A stretch of DNA of 64,000 bases from Bacteroidales bacterium (GTDB lineage Bacteria; Bacteroidota; Bacteroidia; Bacteroidales; CAIWKO01). A program made the position numbers and the translations under genes. This document shows positions 49,302 through 59,044 of the stretch, piece after piece; within the stretch, counting starts at the first letter, position 1; each line of letters begins with the position of its first letter. The notes under the pieces are model-generated. The model searched no databases, was not told the DNA's origin, and saw only the letters and a list, made by a program, of their open reading frames with translations. Where the stretch lies: the NCBI GenBank assembly GCA_035389045.1, contig DAOORA010000010.1, positions 1 to 64,000 on the forward strand, read 5' to 3'.

Positions 49302-50845
49302 CAGAAAGATTGTTTTACAGAGAATTGCAGATTCATGTTTTGATAATATTTGTTGTAAAAGTAACTGCCTCCGATCGAAAAACTGGTTTTTTTCCAGTCA
49401 TATCCGAGTTCAAGGGAACCGTTATACTGCCCGGTTTTATTGTTATCCATCCCGTAAGAGAATTCAAAATAATTATAAAATCCTTTATATTTATAAAATT
49501 CAGATATCATGGCTCCTGCAACCATCCTGTTGGAAGGTGAGTAGTACAAGGGTGAAACATATTCATAATCCATATGTTGTAAAAATGCGCCCAGCGTAAT
49601 TTTGGGGTTGGAGAGTAATTCGCTGAATTCATATTTAAGTTCGATATTGTACCGGATACCTGTATTATCCCGTTTTTCTATGGTATCCCGCTCCTCAGTC
49701 ACGAATACGCTGTTGTCCCTGATGATGCCGAATCTGTATGTGCCGCCCAGAATGATGCCGCGATAGGAGAGGATAAGGGTGTTTTGAGCAAAATTATGTC
49801 CAACCTTGTTCCAATAATAGAAATAATCGTAAGCTGCCGTGAGATAATTCCTGATTTTGAATTTTTTAATGGAATAAGCAAAACTCCATGTAGCGCCGTA
49901 CGAAGTCAACCTGGAATCATTAATGCTTGCACCTGCATACACGCTGATCCTGTGCGAATTCAGGATAAAGACGGGATTGATCAGCGTATTGTCGTACCAG
50001 CGGCGGACATCATCGAGGTACAGGTTATCCCTTTGCGAATAATCCCAAAGTGTCATTACCGATAACGAAAAGTGGTTAGTGATACGTTTCTGTAAACCAT
50101 ATTTTTGGATGAAGGCGGAAATTTTATAGGATGGTTTATCTGCTATTGCTGACGGCTCCTCTTCGGTAAGATACATCAACGTTGCGGACAGGGTATAGGC
50201 AAGTTCGTTTTTTACTTTTTCGTATATAGTTTTTATTTCCGGGTTTCCGGGATCAAGCGACAGCGCTTTCTTATAGTATTTCATGGCCGTAGCCGGCTTG
50301 TCCTGCCAGTAATACATCTTTCCGAGCCCGGCCCAGGCTTCGGCAACGGTGCTGTCTATTTTCAGAACCTCCTTATAGGCATATTTTGCAGAATCAAGTT
50401 CATCATTGACTATATAAAGAAAGGCAAGGTCGGAAAAAACCGTCGGATCCTGCCGGTTTACAGCAAGTGACTTTTTTAAGCAGTCCTTCGCCTTGCCGTA
50501 TTCTTCTTTCTTCGTATATGATCTTGCCATGCCATTCAGTACATCTGTATTGCCGGGCGATTTCTCTAGCAGTTCCTGAAAGACTTTGACAGAATGATCA
50601 TATTCTTTAAGTCTGTATAAGTTGTTGGCTATAGCATATTTTGCATCATAATTATCTTTGTCCATCAGTAAGACTTTTTGATAATACTGATTCGATAAGG
50701 TGTAGTTGCCCGATGAATACGCCTCCTGTCCTTTGTCGACCAGATATCTCACCGATGTGGTGTCGCCTGCCTCCTGCCCGGACAGTGGGGCAAAAGAGCA
50801 TGTCAATGCAAGAAATAAAAGTGTTAGAAGCCCGGTGTTTTTCAT
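49301..50845 (-). CDS. TPR repeat + outer-membrane beta-barrel protein (PgaA/YaiO-like exporter)
   Basis: Signal peptide, ~5 TPRs, aromatic beta-strands with YYSP, terminal QFSVKQSF. Confidence 0.65.
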   Translation of the reverse strand: MKNTGLLTLLFLALTCSFAPLSGQEAGDTTSVRYLVDKGQEAYSSGNYTLSNQYYQKVLLMDKDNYDAKYAIANNLYRLKEYDHSVKVFQELLEKSPGNTDVLNGMARSYTKKEEYGKAKDCLKKSLAVNRQDPTVFSDLAFLYIVNDELDSAKYAYKEVLKIDSTVAEAWAGLGKMYYWQDKPATAMKYYKKALSLDPGNPEIKTIYEKVKNELAYTLSATLMYLTEEEPSAIADKPSYKISAFIQKYGLQKRITNHFSLSVMTLWDYSQRDNLYLDDVRRWYDNTLINPVFILNSHRISVYAGASINDSRLTSYGATWSFAYSIKKFKIRNYLTAAYDYFYYWNKVGHNFAQNTLILSYRGIILGGTYRFGIIRDNSVFVTEERDTIEKRDNTGIRYNIELKYEFSELLSNPKITLGAFLQHMDYEYVSPLYYSPSNRMVAGAMISEFYKYKGFYNYFEFSYGMDNNKTGQYNGSLELGYDWKKTSFSIGGSYFYNKYYQNMNLQFSVKQSF

Positions 50846-50847
50846 GC

Positions 50848-52362
50848 TCAGTTTTTCAATGTTTTAATTCCTTTACGGTCGAATTTGTTCCAGTTGCTTT
50901 TCCTTTGTAGAATGTAGGTGATGCCTTTTAATTGTGCAAACATCTTAAAAAATTCGTAGCTTACACTGCCAATGATGCTGGTGACCAGTAGTAAGAGCCA
51001 GTCACCAAAGGTGTTGTATCTCAGGGTTTTTCTGTCGATGGTATGGCTGTTCCTGCTTTTTGATTCCAGTACTACGGAAATGATGCTCATGATGATGGTG
51101 GTGATCAGCAGGACGCTGACAAGCAGTAATAATATCCATTGAGCGTTGATGTCTTTCACTGCGGAGAGTATGATTAAAAACACCAGGCTGAACAGTTTGA
51201 TGAACGGGGCCAGAAATTCAAAGATAAAATAATAGGGAAGCGCCAGTAAGCCGGTGGCTCCGTATGACGGTTCAAACATTATTCTTCGGTGAAGTTTCAA
51301 TGATTCTCCCAGCCCCTGATGCCAGCGAGCCCTTTGTTTGAACAGGCTTCTATGATTGTCAGGAACTTCGGTCCAGCATACCGGATAAGGTAAATAGGTT
51401 ACCTTTCCTTTGATTTTTTTTTCGCGGTAGTACCTCCAGAGCCTGATCACGATCTCCATGTCTTCGCATACGGTCTTGTTGTTTGCGCCTACAGTCCTGA
51501 CAATGTAGGGATGATCGTTGGCTGAAGTGAGCAAACCGCCCACATGGAGCAGGTCTTCTTTTCGATACAGGGAAAACGCGCCTGACATGATAAGCAGCAT
51601 ATTCATTTTGCTTAAACTGAGGCGGGCGATCATGAATGATTTCAGGTATTCGACGATTTGCCATAACACCCAGATGTTGCCGGGCATTTTCATATTGGTA
51701 ATTTTCCCGTTTGCAATGGCCAGGCCGTTGGATGCCGCTAAAAATCCCCCTGCAACAAAAACCTTACTGTTGTTGATCATGGGTTGAAGTACCATTTTCA
51801 TGGCCTGGTCGTCAAGGATGGAATCCGCGTCGATGGTGCAGATATATTTTTTTGTTGAAAGATTAAGCCCGGCGTTGACGGAGTCGGCCTTACCCCCGTT
51901 TTCCTTGTCTATCAGTATGATTTTGTTGCTGTCGTCCCGGTAAACTTTTTTAATGGCGCCTGTTTTGATTTGCCCGTAACACTCAGGAGTGATTTCATTA
52001 AATGAAAAGGAGCCCAGCATGGTTTTAAGTGTCGCATCTTTGGATCCGTCGTTTACGACGATGATCTCAAAATCTTCGTAATCGATACCGGCGAGCATTT
52101 TTATGCAGGAGGCAATGGAAACATCTTCGTTATAGGCAGGAACAATAATGGATACAGAATGTCCGCTGTAATCTGTTCCGAAATTTTTTTTGATGTTAAT
52201 TCTTTGATGAAGGATCAGTGCGAACACAAATAAAAAAATATCAATAAGAAAATAACTGGTGAAATATATAATCATCAGTTTTTCTATCACTCTGACAACG
52301 TACCCCCCCATGCCCGACAGGTCAATACCTGATACTATGATACCTGCTATTTCATTTGTCAT
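50848..52362 (-). CDS. Processive GT2 glycosyltransferase (IcaA/PgaC-like synthase)
   Basis: VPAYNE, NDGS, NGGKAD, DADS, SGAF, EDME, QRARW; TM helices on both sides. Confidence 0.88.
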   Translation of the reverse strand: MTNEIAGIIVSGIDLSGMGGYVVRVIEKLMIIYFTSYFLIDIFLFVFALILHQRINIKKNFGTDYSGHSVSIIVPAYNEDVSIASCIKMLAGIDYEDFEIIVVNDGSKDATLKTMLGSFSFNEITPECYGQIKTGAIKKVYRDDSNKIILIDKENGGKADSVNAGLNLSTKKYICTIDADSILDDQAMKMVLQPMINNSKVFVAGGFLAASNGLAIANGKITNMKMPGNIWVLWQIVEYLKSFMIARLSLSKMNMLLIMSGAFSLYRKEDLLHVGGLLTSANDHPYIVRTVGANNKTVCEDMEIVIRLWRYYREKKIKGKVTYLPYPVCWTEVPDNHRSLFKQRARWHQGLGESLKLHRRIMFEPSYGATGLLALPYYFIFEFLAPFIKLFSLVFLIILSAVKDINAQWILLLLVSVLLITTIIMSIISVVLESKSRNSHTIDRKTLRYNTFGDWLLLLVTSIIGSVSYEFFKMFAQLKGITYILQRKSNWNKFDRKGIKTLKN

Positions 52363-52444
52363 GATTTTTTAATTCGTCAGAGGAGATATGTGTTGTTTGC
52401 ATTTTTTCAATATCCTTGTAATTTCGGGCGTAAACGCATGTGGT

Positions 52445-53062
52445 TCAGTTTCGTTCAGCGTTCAGCAAAAATACCGGGTATTCCTTTAATATGTCGTTAC
52501 CGGTGGCCCGTTTTATGGTGTAACATATGCTGTGGGTAATTTCCGTAAAATGGTGATTTGCAAGTATTTTGGCGAGTTCAGCTACATCAAATCCGTAGTG
52601 CCCTTTGAAGCTTTGATCATGAAATGTCCCGTCTTCGGGGCAAAGGTCGGCGACAGCGAGGTATCCGCCCCTTTTCAGCAAGCGGTAAAAACGATCAAAT
52701 ATTATATTAATATCCTCAATGTGATGAAGTGTCATCTGGGTATAGATTACATCAAATTTTTCGGTGTTCCAATCATTTTTTTCGAGATCAAAAAGCAGGG
52801 TTTTCATGTTTGCTGCACCGCTTGCTGAAATTTTTTCATCAGTCACTTTTATCATTTCCGGCGAGCTGTCAATTAATACAATTTCATTGAAATGATCTTT
52901 CAGCAGAAAGCTGAGTATCCCGGTACCCGCTCCGTATTCCATCGCCCTCATATGCTGCATTACAGGTAAATGTTCTGTAATTCCTTTTGCAATAAACGCC
53001 GAACGTTCCGCATGCATGGAATTCTGGTCCCATTCTTTCGCTTTCAGATCAAATTCATTCAT
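52445..53062 (-). CDS. Class I SAM-dependent methyltransferase
   Basis: EYGAGTG, DSSPEM, MTLHHI, LKRGG. Confidence 0.9.
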   Translation of the reverse strand: MNEFDLKAKEWDQNSMHAERSAFIAKGITEHLPVMQHMRAMEYGAGTGILSFLLKDHFNEIVLIDSSPEMIKVTDEKISASGAANMKTLLFDLEKNDWNTEKFDVIYTQMTLHHIEDINIIFDRFYRLLKRGGYLAVADLCPEDGTFHDQSFKGHYGFDVAELAKILANHHFTEITHSICYTIKRATGNDILKEYPVFLLNAERN

Positions 53063-53091
53063 ACTAAAAAAAATAACGTTGCAAATATAAT

Positions 53092-53153
53092 AAACAAAAG
53101 GTCACCAGGCAAGTTATCGGTTTGACATGATAAGGCGAGGCGACCTTTTGTTT
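53092..53153 (-). terminator. Possible terminator hairpin after the ferredoxin gene
   Basis: aaacaaaaggtc / gaccttttgttt inverted repeat, T-tract on the minus strand; long loop. Confidence 0.45.
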
Positions 53154-53335
53154 TATTTCATTTCTACAGCACCCATACCGCAAAACCGGGTGCATTTTCC
53201 GCAATGGGTGCATTTCGATTCGTTAATAACCGGCAGTCCCGATCCTTCCTGTGAGATGGCTTGAGCCGGGCAAACCATCAGCAAGGGGCATCGGTGATTC
53301 TGTGGACATTTTGCTTTATTAACAGTTATGGGCAT
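53153..53335 (-). CDS. Small 4Fe-4S ferredoxin-like protein
   Basis: CPQNHRCP..VCP and CTHCGKCTRFC. Confidence 0.85.
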   Translation of the reverse strand: MPITVNKAKCPQNHRCPLLMVCPAQAISQEGSGLPVINESKCTHCGKCTRFCGMGAVEMK

Positions 53336-53486
53336 GATGAGTTCTCCTTACTTTTTTGATTATTGAATTATTGGTTATCGTTTAAAACCAATACATTAGT
53401 GAATCAAGGGTTAAATTCTATGTGTCACGAAGACTATAAGGCACTAAGAGACACTAAGCTGGAATAATAGTAAAAAGAGGTGTTTT

Positions 53487-53891
53487 TCATTTGCCCGTCA
53501 CGGTTTTCACTATCTCCGCCGATTCCTGAGAAGCTCCGCGGACTGCATCTATGACTGACGGAGGCAGGCCTGAAGCCATAGCTTCCATATTCAATAATGC
53601 CGTATAGGTTTTGCCGTCGTCTTTTTCGTATACCGAAATCCGGCAGGGCATCATCACAGATACTATTCTTTCGTCATTTTTCTCAAGCATCTTTCCGGAA
53701 TATTCCGGTTTGCAGATTTCTACCACCCGCACCGGTCTTACTTCTTTACCTGCCCTGGCAAGGGATTGCTGCAGATCGTGGATAGCGGGGTTTTGCCAGC
53801 CCCGTTGTGTTGCTTCGGCAACAATTTTTTCGACGGTGGCACTCACGTCGAAAGGGCTGGGCTGTTCAATAAATATTTTATTCTGGTTCAT
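53487..53891 (-). CDS. DUF302 domain protein
   Basis: HDLQ, VEICKP, MMPCRISVYE. Start at MNQNKIF. Confidence 0.88.
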   Translation of the reverse strand: MNQNKIFIEQPSPFDVSATVEKIVAEATQRGWQNPAIHDLQQSLARAGKEVRPVRVVEICKPEYSGKMLEKNDERIVSVMMPCRISVYEKDDGKTYTALLNMEAMASGLPPSVIDAVRGASQESAEIVKTVTGK

Positions 53892-54138
53892 GGTCTGAAG
53901 TTTTTTTGTTTTTTTTAAATGTGTCACCGATCAGGTACCCTAAAAGGGCTCCCCATAAAACACTCATAAAGGGATTGGAGGTTATGGCGCAGGCGCCCGA
54001 AGAACAGCCAACGAACAGGTAGTACAAATAACCTCCGGCGCCGCCTATGATCGTTCCGATGATAGCGCCCGGCGATTTTTTAATCAGCCGGAGCAGCTTC
54101 TGCTTTAATGGCTCTTTTACTTCGTTGATGTTTTCCAT
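53878..54138 (-). CDS. DUF6132 family small membrane protein
   Basis: GGYLYYLFVGCSSGACAITSNP. Confidence 0.85.
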   Translation of the reverse strand: MENINEVKEPLKQKLLRLIKKSPGAIIGTIIGGAGGYLYYLFVGCSSGACAITSNPFMSVLWGALLGYLIGDTFKKNKKTSDHEPE

Positions 54139-54139
54139 A

Positions 54140-54502
54140 TCAGTTTTGCTTTTTTGGCAGGAGTACCTCGTTGATCACCTGTATGAAGGTTTGTTTCGGC
54201 AGTGCGCCCATAGTCATCTGAGGTGGTCCCTGCATCGGAACAAAGAGTATGGAAGGTATGCTCTGAATGCCAAAAGCGCCGGCAAGTTCCTGTTCCTGTT
54301 CCGTATCAATTTTGAAAATATCTATCTGGTCTTTGTATTCGTTCGAAAGTTCTTCGAGCACCGGAGCCACCATCCTGCATGGGCCGCACCAGTCGGCATA
54401 GAAGTCAATGATGCAGGGTTTGCTTCCTTCAAATTTCCATTCTGTGTTGATCTCGTAATTGAAAACTTTTTGTTTGAAAGTTTCAGCTGTTAAATGTTCC
54501 AT
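54140..54502 (-). CDS. trxA: Thioredoxin (WCGPC)
   Basis: DFYADWCGPC, IQSIPS. Confidence 0.92.
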   Translation of the reverse strand: MEHLTAETFKQKVFNYEINTEWKFEGSKPCIIDFYADWCGPCRMVAPVLEELSNEYKDQIDIFKIDTEQEQELAGAFGIQSIPSILFVPMQGPPQMTMGALPKQTFIQVINEVLLPKKQN

Positions 54503-54568
54503 TTTTTTGATTTTTATAATTATTAATTATTTGAAATATCTTTATTTTTAAACCGAGACACTGTATTC

Positions 54569-55039
54569 TCACAAAAACTTATTTATCTCAGCAATGATCA
54601 CTTCTTTGGACGTAACACCGATAAATGTTTTCACTACTTTGCCGTCTTTAAATAAAATCATGGTCGGAATGCTTTGAATAAAGTATCTGTCCCTGATTTT
54701 CGGGTTCTGGTCTATATCCAGCTTGCCAATCAGTGCTTTTCCATTCATTTCGGTGCTGACCTGGTCGAGTATGGGGGCCTGTATACGGCACGGCATACAC
54801 CATGTAGCCCAGAAATCCACCAGTGTTAGCCCTTTATTGATCTTTTCGTCAAATGATTTGTCGTTTAAAATGATCACTCCGCCATTATTTTCTGAGCCTG
54901 TGGCCACTGTATTCAGCTTGTTGATTCTTGTGACTTTTTTGTTCGATGCATTTCCTGTTTCGCAGGTATAGGCTGTTACCACTGCGGCTATCAGCGTTGC
55001 CACTATAAAAGCCCAGGTGTATTTTTTTAATGTTTTCAT
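54569..55039 (-). CDS. Thioredoxin with N-terminal signal/anchor (WCMPC)
   Basis: Hydrophobic N-terminus, DFWATWCMPC, SIPT. Confidence 0.88.
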   Translation of the reverse strand: MKTLKKYTWAFIVATLIAAVVTAYTCETGNASNKKVTRINKLNTVATGSENNGGVIILNDKSFDEKINKGLTLVDFWATWCMPCRIQAPILDQVSTEMNGKALIGKLDIDQNPKIRDRYFIQSIPTMILFKDGKVVKTFIGVTSKEVIIAEINKFL

Positions 55040-55073
55040 ATTCTTTGTATTTGTTTATGGTTTAGAGCGTTTT

Positions 55074-55409
55074 TTATTTATAAAACATCCGGTCGAAGGC
55101 ATTCAGCAGTGTTTGCTTTTGCTGAACACCCACAAACTGTTTTACCATTTTACCGTTTCTGAAGAGCATCATGGTAGGGATGCTGCTGATACCGTAACGC
55201 GAAGCGATGGCACGGAATTTTTCCACATTAAGTTTTGCAATGGTAATCTTGTCTTTCATTTCCGATGCTACTTCTTCGAGTATGGGCGCCTGTATGCGGC
55301 AGGGAACGCACCAGTCAGCCCAGAAGTCCACCAGCGCTGCTTTTTCTTTGATCACGTTATCGAAATTCTCTGCCGTGAGGTTAATGACATTTTTCTTTTT
55401 AAAAAACAT
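55074..55409 (-). CDS. Thioredoxin (WCVPC)
   Basis: DFWADWCVPC, SIPT. Confidence 0.88.
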   Translation of the reverse strand: MFFKKKNVINLTAENFDNVIKEKAALVDFWADWCVPCRIQAPILEEVASEMKDKITIAKLNVEKFRAIASRYGISSIPTMMLFRNGKMVKQFVGVQQKQTLLNAFDRMFYK

Positions 55410-55441
55410 TGTGCTTATTTTTTTAATTTCGATACCGTTTA

Positions 55442-55457
55442 TTCAACTGTCGTGCCA
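55442..55457 (-). promoter_or_regulatory. Sigma54 (-24/-12) promoter of the thioredoxin operon
   Basis: Minus strand TGGCACGACAGTTGAA: perfect -24 box, correct spacing, TTGA at -12; divergent from a sigma54 activator. Confidence 0.75.
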
Positions 55458-55554
55458 GTTTTTTTAAATAGGTAAAATACAGTTGATTATACACGATTTG
55501 GGATAGAACTTTGAAGAAAAGAAGTTTATTTTTAGTTAACCAAAGATTAATTTC

Positions 55555-55580
55555 ATTAACTTTGCATTAATTAAGTTAAT
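55555..55580. promoter_or_regulatory. Candidate upstream activator site
   Basis: ATTAACTT-N10-AAGTTAAT perfect inverted repeat about 100 bp upstream of the sigma54 box. Confidence 0.45.
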
Positions 55581-55595
55581 AAATTTTTACGACGT

Positions 55596-56996
55596 ATGAA
55601 AAATCAGACCTGGTTACCCTTGATGACCGAATCACCCTGCGGTATGGTAATAGCCGACCGTGACCTTACGATCACGTTCTGGAACCGTGAGATGCTGCGG
55701 CTCACAGGAATTGACGCCGATACGGCAGCGGGGGAAAAGCTCTCCCTGCTGAAGTTTTACGATATCCGTCACTCGGACAAAAAGCCTCTGGATTTCAAGC
55801 AATGCCTTGTGGGAGAAAAAGCCAATATTGCCAAAACGGTATTTCTCGAAGGGAGAGATGACAAACAAACGCTGGTATTTATCAACGCAAAATTCATTAA
55901 TACCGGGGCATCGCAGGAATTGTTCATTCTGATCACTGATATTTCAAGAGAGATCGCCTGCAGCACGGTATCGGCCGCACCGCTTATTGTCCAGGAGAAA
56001 GAACCGTTACAGAAAATTGTGGGCCATGATGAAAAAATATATGAGTTGTACCGTATGATTGAATTAGCGGCCGATTCGATGGCCATTGTAAATATTTACG
56101 GCGAAAGCGGTACGGGCAAAGAGCTTATTGCAAACGCCATACACCAGTTGTCTCCGCGAAAGAACAAACCTTTTATCAAGGTGAATTGTTCAGCCCTGAC
56201 CGAAACCCTGCTGGAAAGCGAGTTGTTCGGTCATGTAAAGGGTTCTTTTACAGGTGCTTATAAGGACAAGGCCGGGAGATTTGAAGCCGCTGGCGGAGGC
56301 ACGGTATTTCTGGACGAAATAGGGGAGATCAGCCAGATGATACAGGTAAAACTGCTGCGCGTGATCCAGGAAAAAACCATAGAACGTGTCGGAGATAATA
56401 AACCAGTTAAGGTGGACATGCGGATCATCACGGCTACCAATAAGAACCTCAGGGAATTGGTAAACAAAGGCTTGTTCAGGGAAGACCTGTTTTACAGGCT
56501 GAATGTTTTTCCGATTTTTACCACACCTTTGCGTAATCGTATGAATGATATCCCGCTGCTGGTTGAATATTTTATTTCGAGATTTAACAAATATACGGGT
56601 AAGCACATACAGGGGCTGACCGAAAATGCATACCGCGTAATTATGGATTACTGCTGGCCCGGCAATGTGCGTGAACTCGAAAACAGCATTGAACACGCCT
56701 TTGTGGTTTGCAACAAAAAGCTGATTGATGTGTTTGACCTTCCGCAAGAGCTCAGGGTGTCCTCGGTACGCCGTGAGCTTTGCGTAAAAATGAATCCGCC
56801 TGATTCTGCACCCGCTAACATTGTTCCTGAAAATGTTACTCTGACCGGTCAGGACTCTTTCAGATACATTACCAGAGAACAGTTGCAGCATGCCCTTGCC
56901 CGGAACAAATTCAGCAGAAAGAATACCGCAAAGCAACTTGGCGTCAGCACTGTGGCATTATGGAAAAAAATGAAGAAATTCGGGATGGGAGGGTAG
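55596..56996 (+). CDS. PAS-domain sigma54-dependent enhancer-binding protein
   Basis: N-terminal PAS, GESGTGKE, ESELFGH, GSFTGA, FLDEIGE, FREDLFYRL, WPGNVREL, C-terminal HTH. Confidence 0.93.
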   Translation: MKNQTWLPLMTESPCGMVIADRDLTITFWNREMLRLTGIDADTAAGEKLSLLKFYDIRHSDKKPLDFKQCLVGEKANIAKTVFLEGRDDKQTLVFINAKFINTGASQELFILITDISREIACSTVSAAPLIVQEKEPLQKIVGHDEKIYELYRMIELAADSMAIVNIYGESGTGKELIANAIHQLSPRKNKPFIKVNCSALTETLLESELFGHVKGSFTGAYKDKAGRFEAAGGGTVFLDEIGEISQMIQVKLLRVIQEKTIERVGDNKPVKVDMRIITATNKNLRELVNKGLFREDLFYRLNVFPIFTTPLRNRMNDIPLLVEYFISRFNKYTGKHIQGLTENAYRVIMDYCWPGNVRELENSIEHAFVVCNKKLIDVFDLPQELRVSSVRRELCVKMNPPDSAPANIVPENVTLTGQDSFRYITREQLQHALARNKFSRKNTAKQLGVSTVALWKKMKKFGMGG

Positions 56997-57255
56997 TCAC
57001 CGGATGGCGGTTTCTATGCAAGGGTTGCTTAAACGGATGTTTTGGTGCAAATGCAAATGGTTTTATTTGCAAAGAAACATCAATTTCTTGCCCGTATGGA
57101 CTGTAGGGCTGGGCTGTTCACAACGGTGGAACATGACACTGGAGCGGGCCTTCTATAACCATGTATATCGGGGTATAGTGGCACTACGATAAACATAATG
57201 TAACTGTGAGAGGTTTTCGCTCCGTCTGATATGTCACATTGGATAGCTAAGGCTG

Positions 57256-58155
57256 CTACTCAATTGGCGACATCTGTTTGGTCCACCATGAGAAGTTATC
57301 CGAAATAATGATTTCGTTTTTCTCCAGATGATGTGTAGTCTTCATTGGAATGTTTCTGAATTCTAAATGGTATTTATCGGCCAATGCTCTGATTTCTTCT
57401 GTGTCATCATATGTCAGCATAAACCTGCCCTGAATTTTTGAACTCAGATAAAACAATTTTTCGTGGTCTATGTTAAAATAGTTGTAAAGTCGTTTTCCGG
57501 CTAATGTGTAAGGAGGGTCAATAAAAAAATATGCTTTTTTATTGTTTTTGTTCTCTTCAATTACGTTGAAAGCGTCTGCCTGTTTAAACTTAATTTTATG
57601 TCTTATATAGTTTATAGCTTTAATCCTGTTTGCAAGGGTTTTGGCATACCATCTTGATGCAATGCCCTTTCCATTTTCTCCGTGTTTCAGCATCCCGGAA
57701 CCCTTAGCGATAATTCCACCATGAAAAACTCTGTTTTTAAGAATTGTGCAAAAGGCCAGGTCCTTTGTTTCCTTGTCTGGGTTGCTTAATTCCTTATTTA
57801 CATTTTCGTGTGAAAGTTCAAAACTCAGAATTTTATCAACCAGCCATTCATTTTTTTCATTAAGGATTACTTCCCAGACAGCGGCAATTTCTTCGTCTAA
57901 TTCGACCATTGTGATCTGGTTTGCAAGATTTTCAAAAGCTGCGGTTAAGCTAACAATCCCTCCTCCTGCAAATGGTTCAATTAATTCTTCGACAAATTTA
58001 TCTTGTCTTAACCATTCCCTTACGGTTGGTATTAACCAGGTTTTTCCACCGGGATAACGAAATGGACTTCTTTGCGGGACAGAAGCTACATTGACAACAC
58101 CGGGCCTTTGTCTTTGAATCGGTGACTTTTCAAATATGGATAATTGTTCACCCAT
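57256..58155 (-). CDS. DNA amino-methyltransferase, D12/Dam-like class
   Basis: SPFRYPGGK, EPFAGGG, DPPY. Confidence 0.9.
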   Translation of the reverse strand: MGEQLSIFEKSPIQRQRPGVVNVASVPQRSPFRYPGGKTWLIPTVREWLRQDKFVEELIEPFAGGGIVSLTAAFENLANQITMVELDEEIAAVWEVILNEKNEWLVDKILSFELSHENVNKELSNPDKETKDLAFCTILKNRVFHGGIIAKGSGMLKHGENGKGIASRWYAKTLANRIKAINYIRHKIKFKQADAFNVIEENKNNKKAYFFIDPPYTLAGKRLYNYFNIDHEKLFYLSSKIQGRFMLTYDDTEEIRALADKYHLEFRNIPMKTTHHLEKNEIIISDNFSWWTKQMSPIE

Positions 58156-58156
58156 T

Positions 58157-59044
58157 TTAACAGTTAATCAGGTCAGTTAAACTTGGAGTATCAGGAGAAT
58201 TTCCTTCCAGTCTGTCGTCGAGCCTGTCTTGAAGAATATAAATGAAGTCATTAATATTTCCTGGCTCGGGAGTTGTCACTCTAAATAAAGCTGCTTCAAA
58301 TTCTGTGTATACAGTTTCAGCCAGATTCAGGTTATACTGTTTGGTTGTTTTATCAAGAACCAAGTCATACAAAAACCAAGCGATGTCAGCTTTTTCCTTA
58401 CTTACGGTCGGCATTTTCGGTAATGTGTCAAAGAAAGATTTTTGCAATGCAACAGTTTGTTTCTTTTTCCAGGTCTGAAAAATCCCTCCTTTGTACAACA
58501 TTTGTGGAATCAGCCGTTTTCTTGAAGAAGAAAGGTAGTCGGGCTTTGGGGAATTATAGCCGGTTGTCCAATTAAATTTACTGGACGGTTTGTTCATGTA
58601 TATGTCAAATGGGTTTCGCAGATTGCCTGAAATGTAAACACCTTGTACTTCAAGTGACGCAAAATCGGTCAGGTGTCCTTTGTCATTGTAAGCAACCAAT
58701 ACGAAGTCAATGTTGCCGGCAGATTGGCCGTTTTTATCGAGTAGTTTAATCTCTGACAAGGAAGTCCACTTAGACTTTTCGTCAAATGCAAACTTTGCAG
58801 CATTTTCAATTATTAGCCAGTCTTCACGAAATCTTGTCGGACAAGTAATTACCGGGTTATTGTTGTGAAAAACACTGCAAACGCCCAAGGGGTCGTTTGC
58901 TTTGTCTTTGGTGCAATTGGGAACTTTGTTGTTAAAAGGACATAGCTTCTTGTCCCGGTAACGCTTCGCTTTTGCTGTTTCATTTATGATAGGGAAACCA
59001 AAAACTTCCGCTAAAGGGTTATTATTTTTACCGTCTGTCGCCAT
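58157..59044 (-). CDS. NotI family restriction endonuclease
   Basis: EVFG, four-Cys iron site (CPF..CTK..VCS..CPTRF), NIDFVL, LEVQGVY, PDYLSSSRKRLIPQ. Confidence 0.85.
   Translation of the reverse strand: MATDGKNNNPLAEVFGFPIINETAKAKRYRDKKLCPFNNKVPNCTKDKANDPLGVCSVFHNNNPVITCPTRFREDWLIIENAAKFAFDEKSKWTSLSEIKLLDKNGQSAGNIDFVLVAYNDKGHLTDFASLEVQGVYISGNLRNPFDIYMNKPSSKFNWTTGYNSPKPDYLSSSRKRLIPQMLYKGGIFQTWKKKQTVALQKSFFDTLPKMPTVSKEKADIAWFLYDLVLDKTTKQYNLNLAETVYTEFEAALFRVTTPEPGNINDFIYILQDRLDDRLEGNSPDTPSLTDLINC

Noticed and set aside
56190..56936. Long antisense ORF (248 aa) and similar shadow ORFs such as 13798-14379 and 42478-43065
   Set aside because: They lie opposite well-supported genes and have no motifs; most likely codon-bias artefacts.
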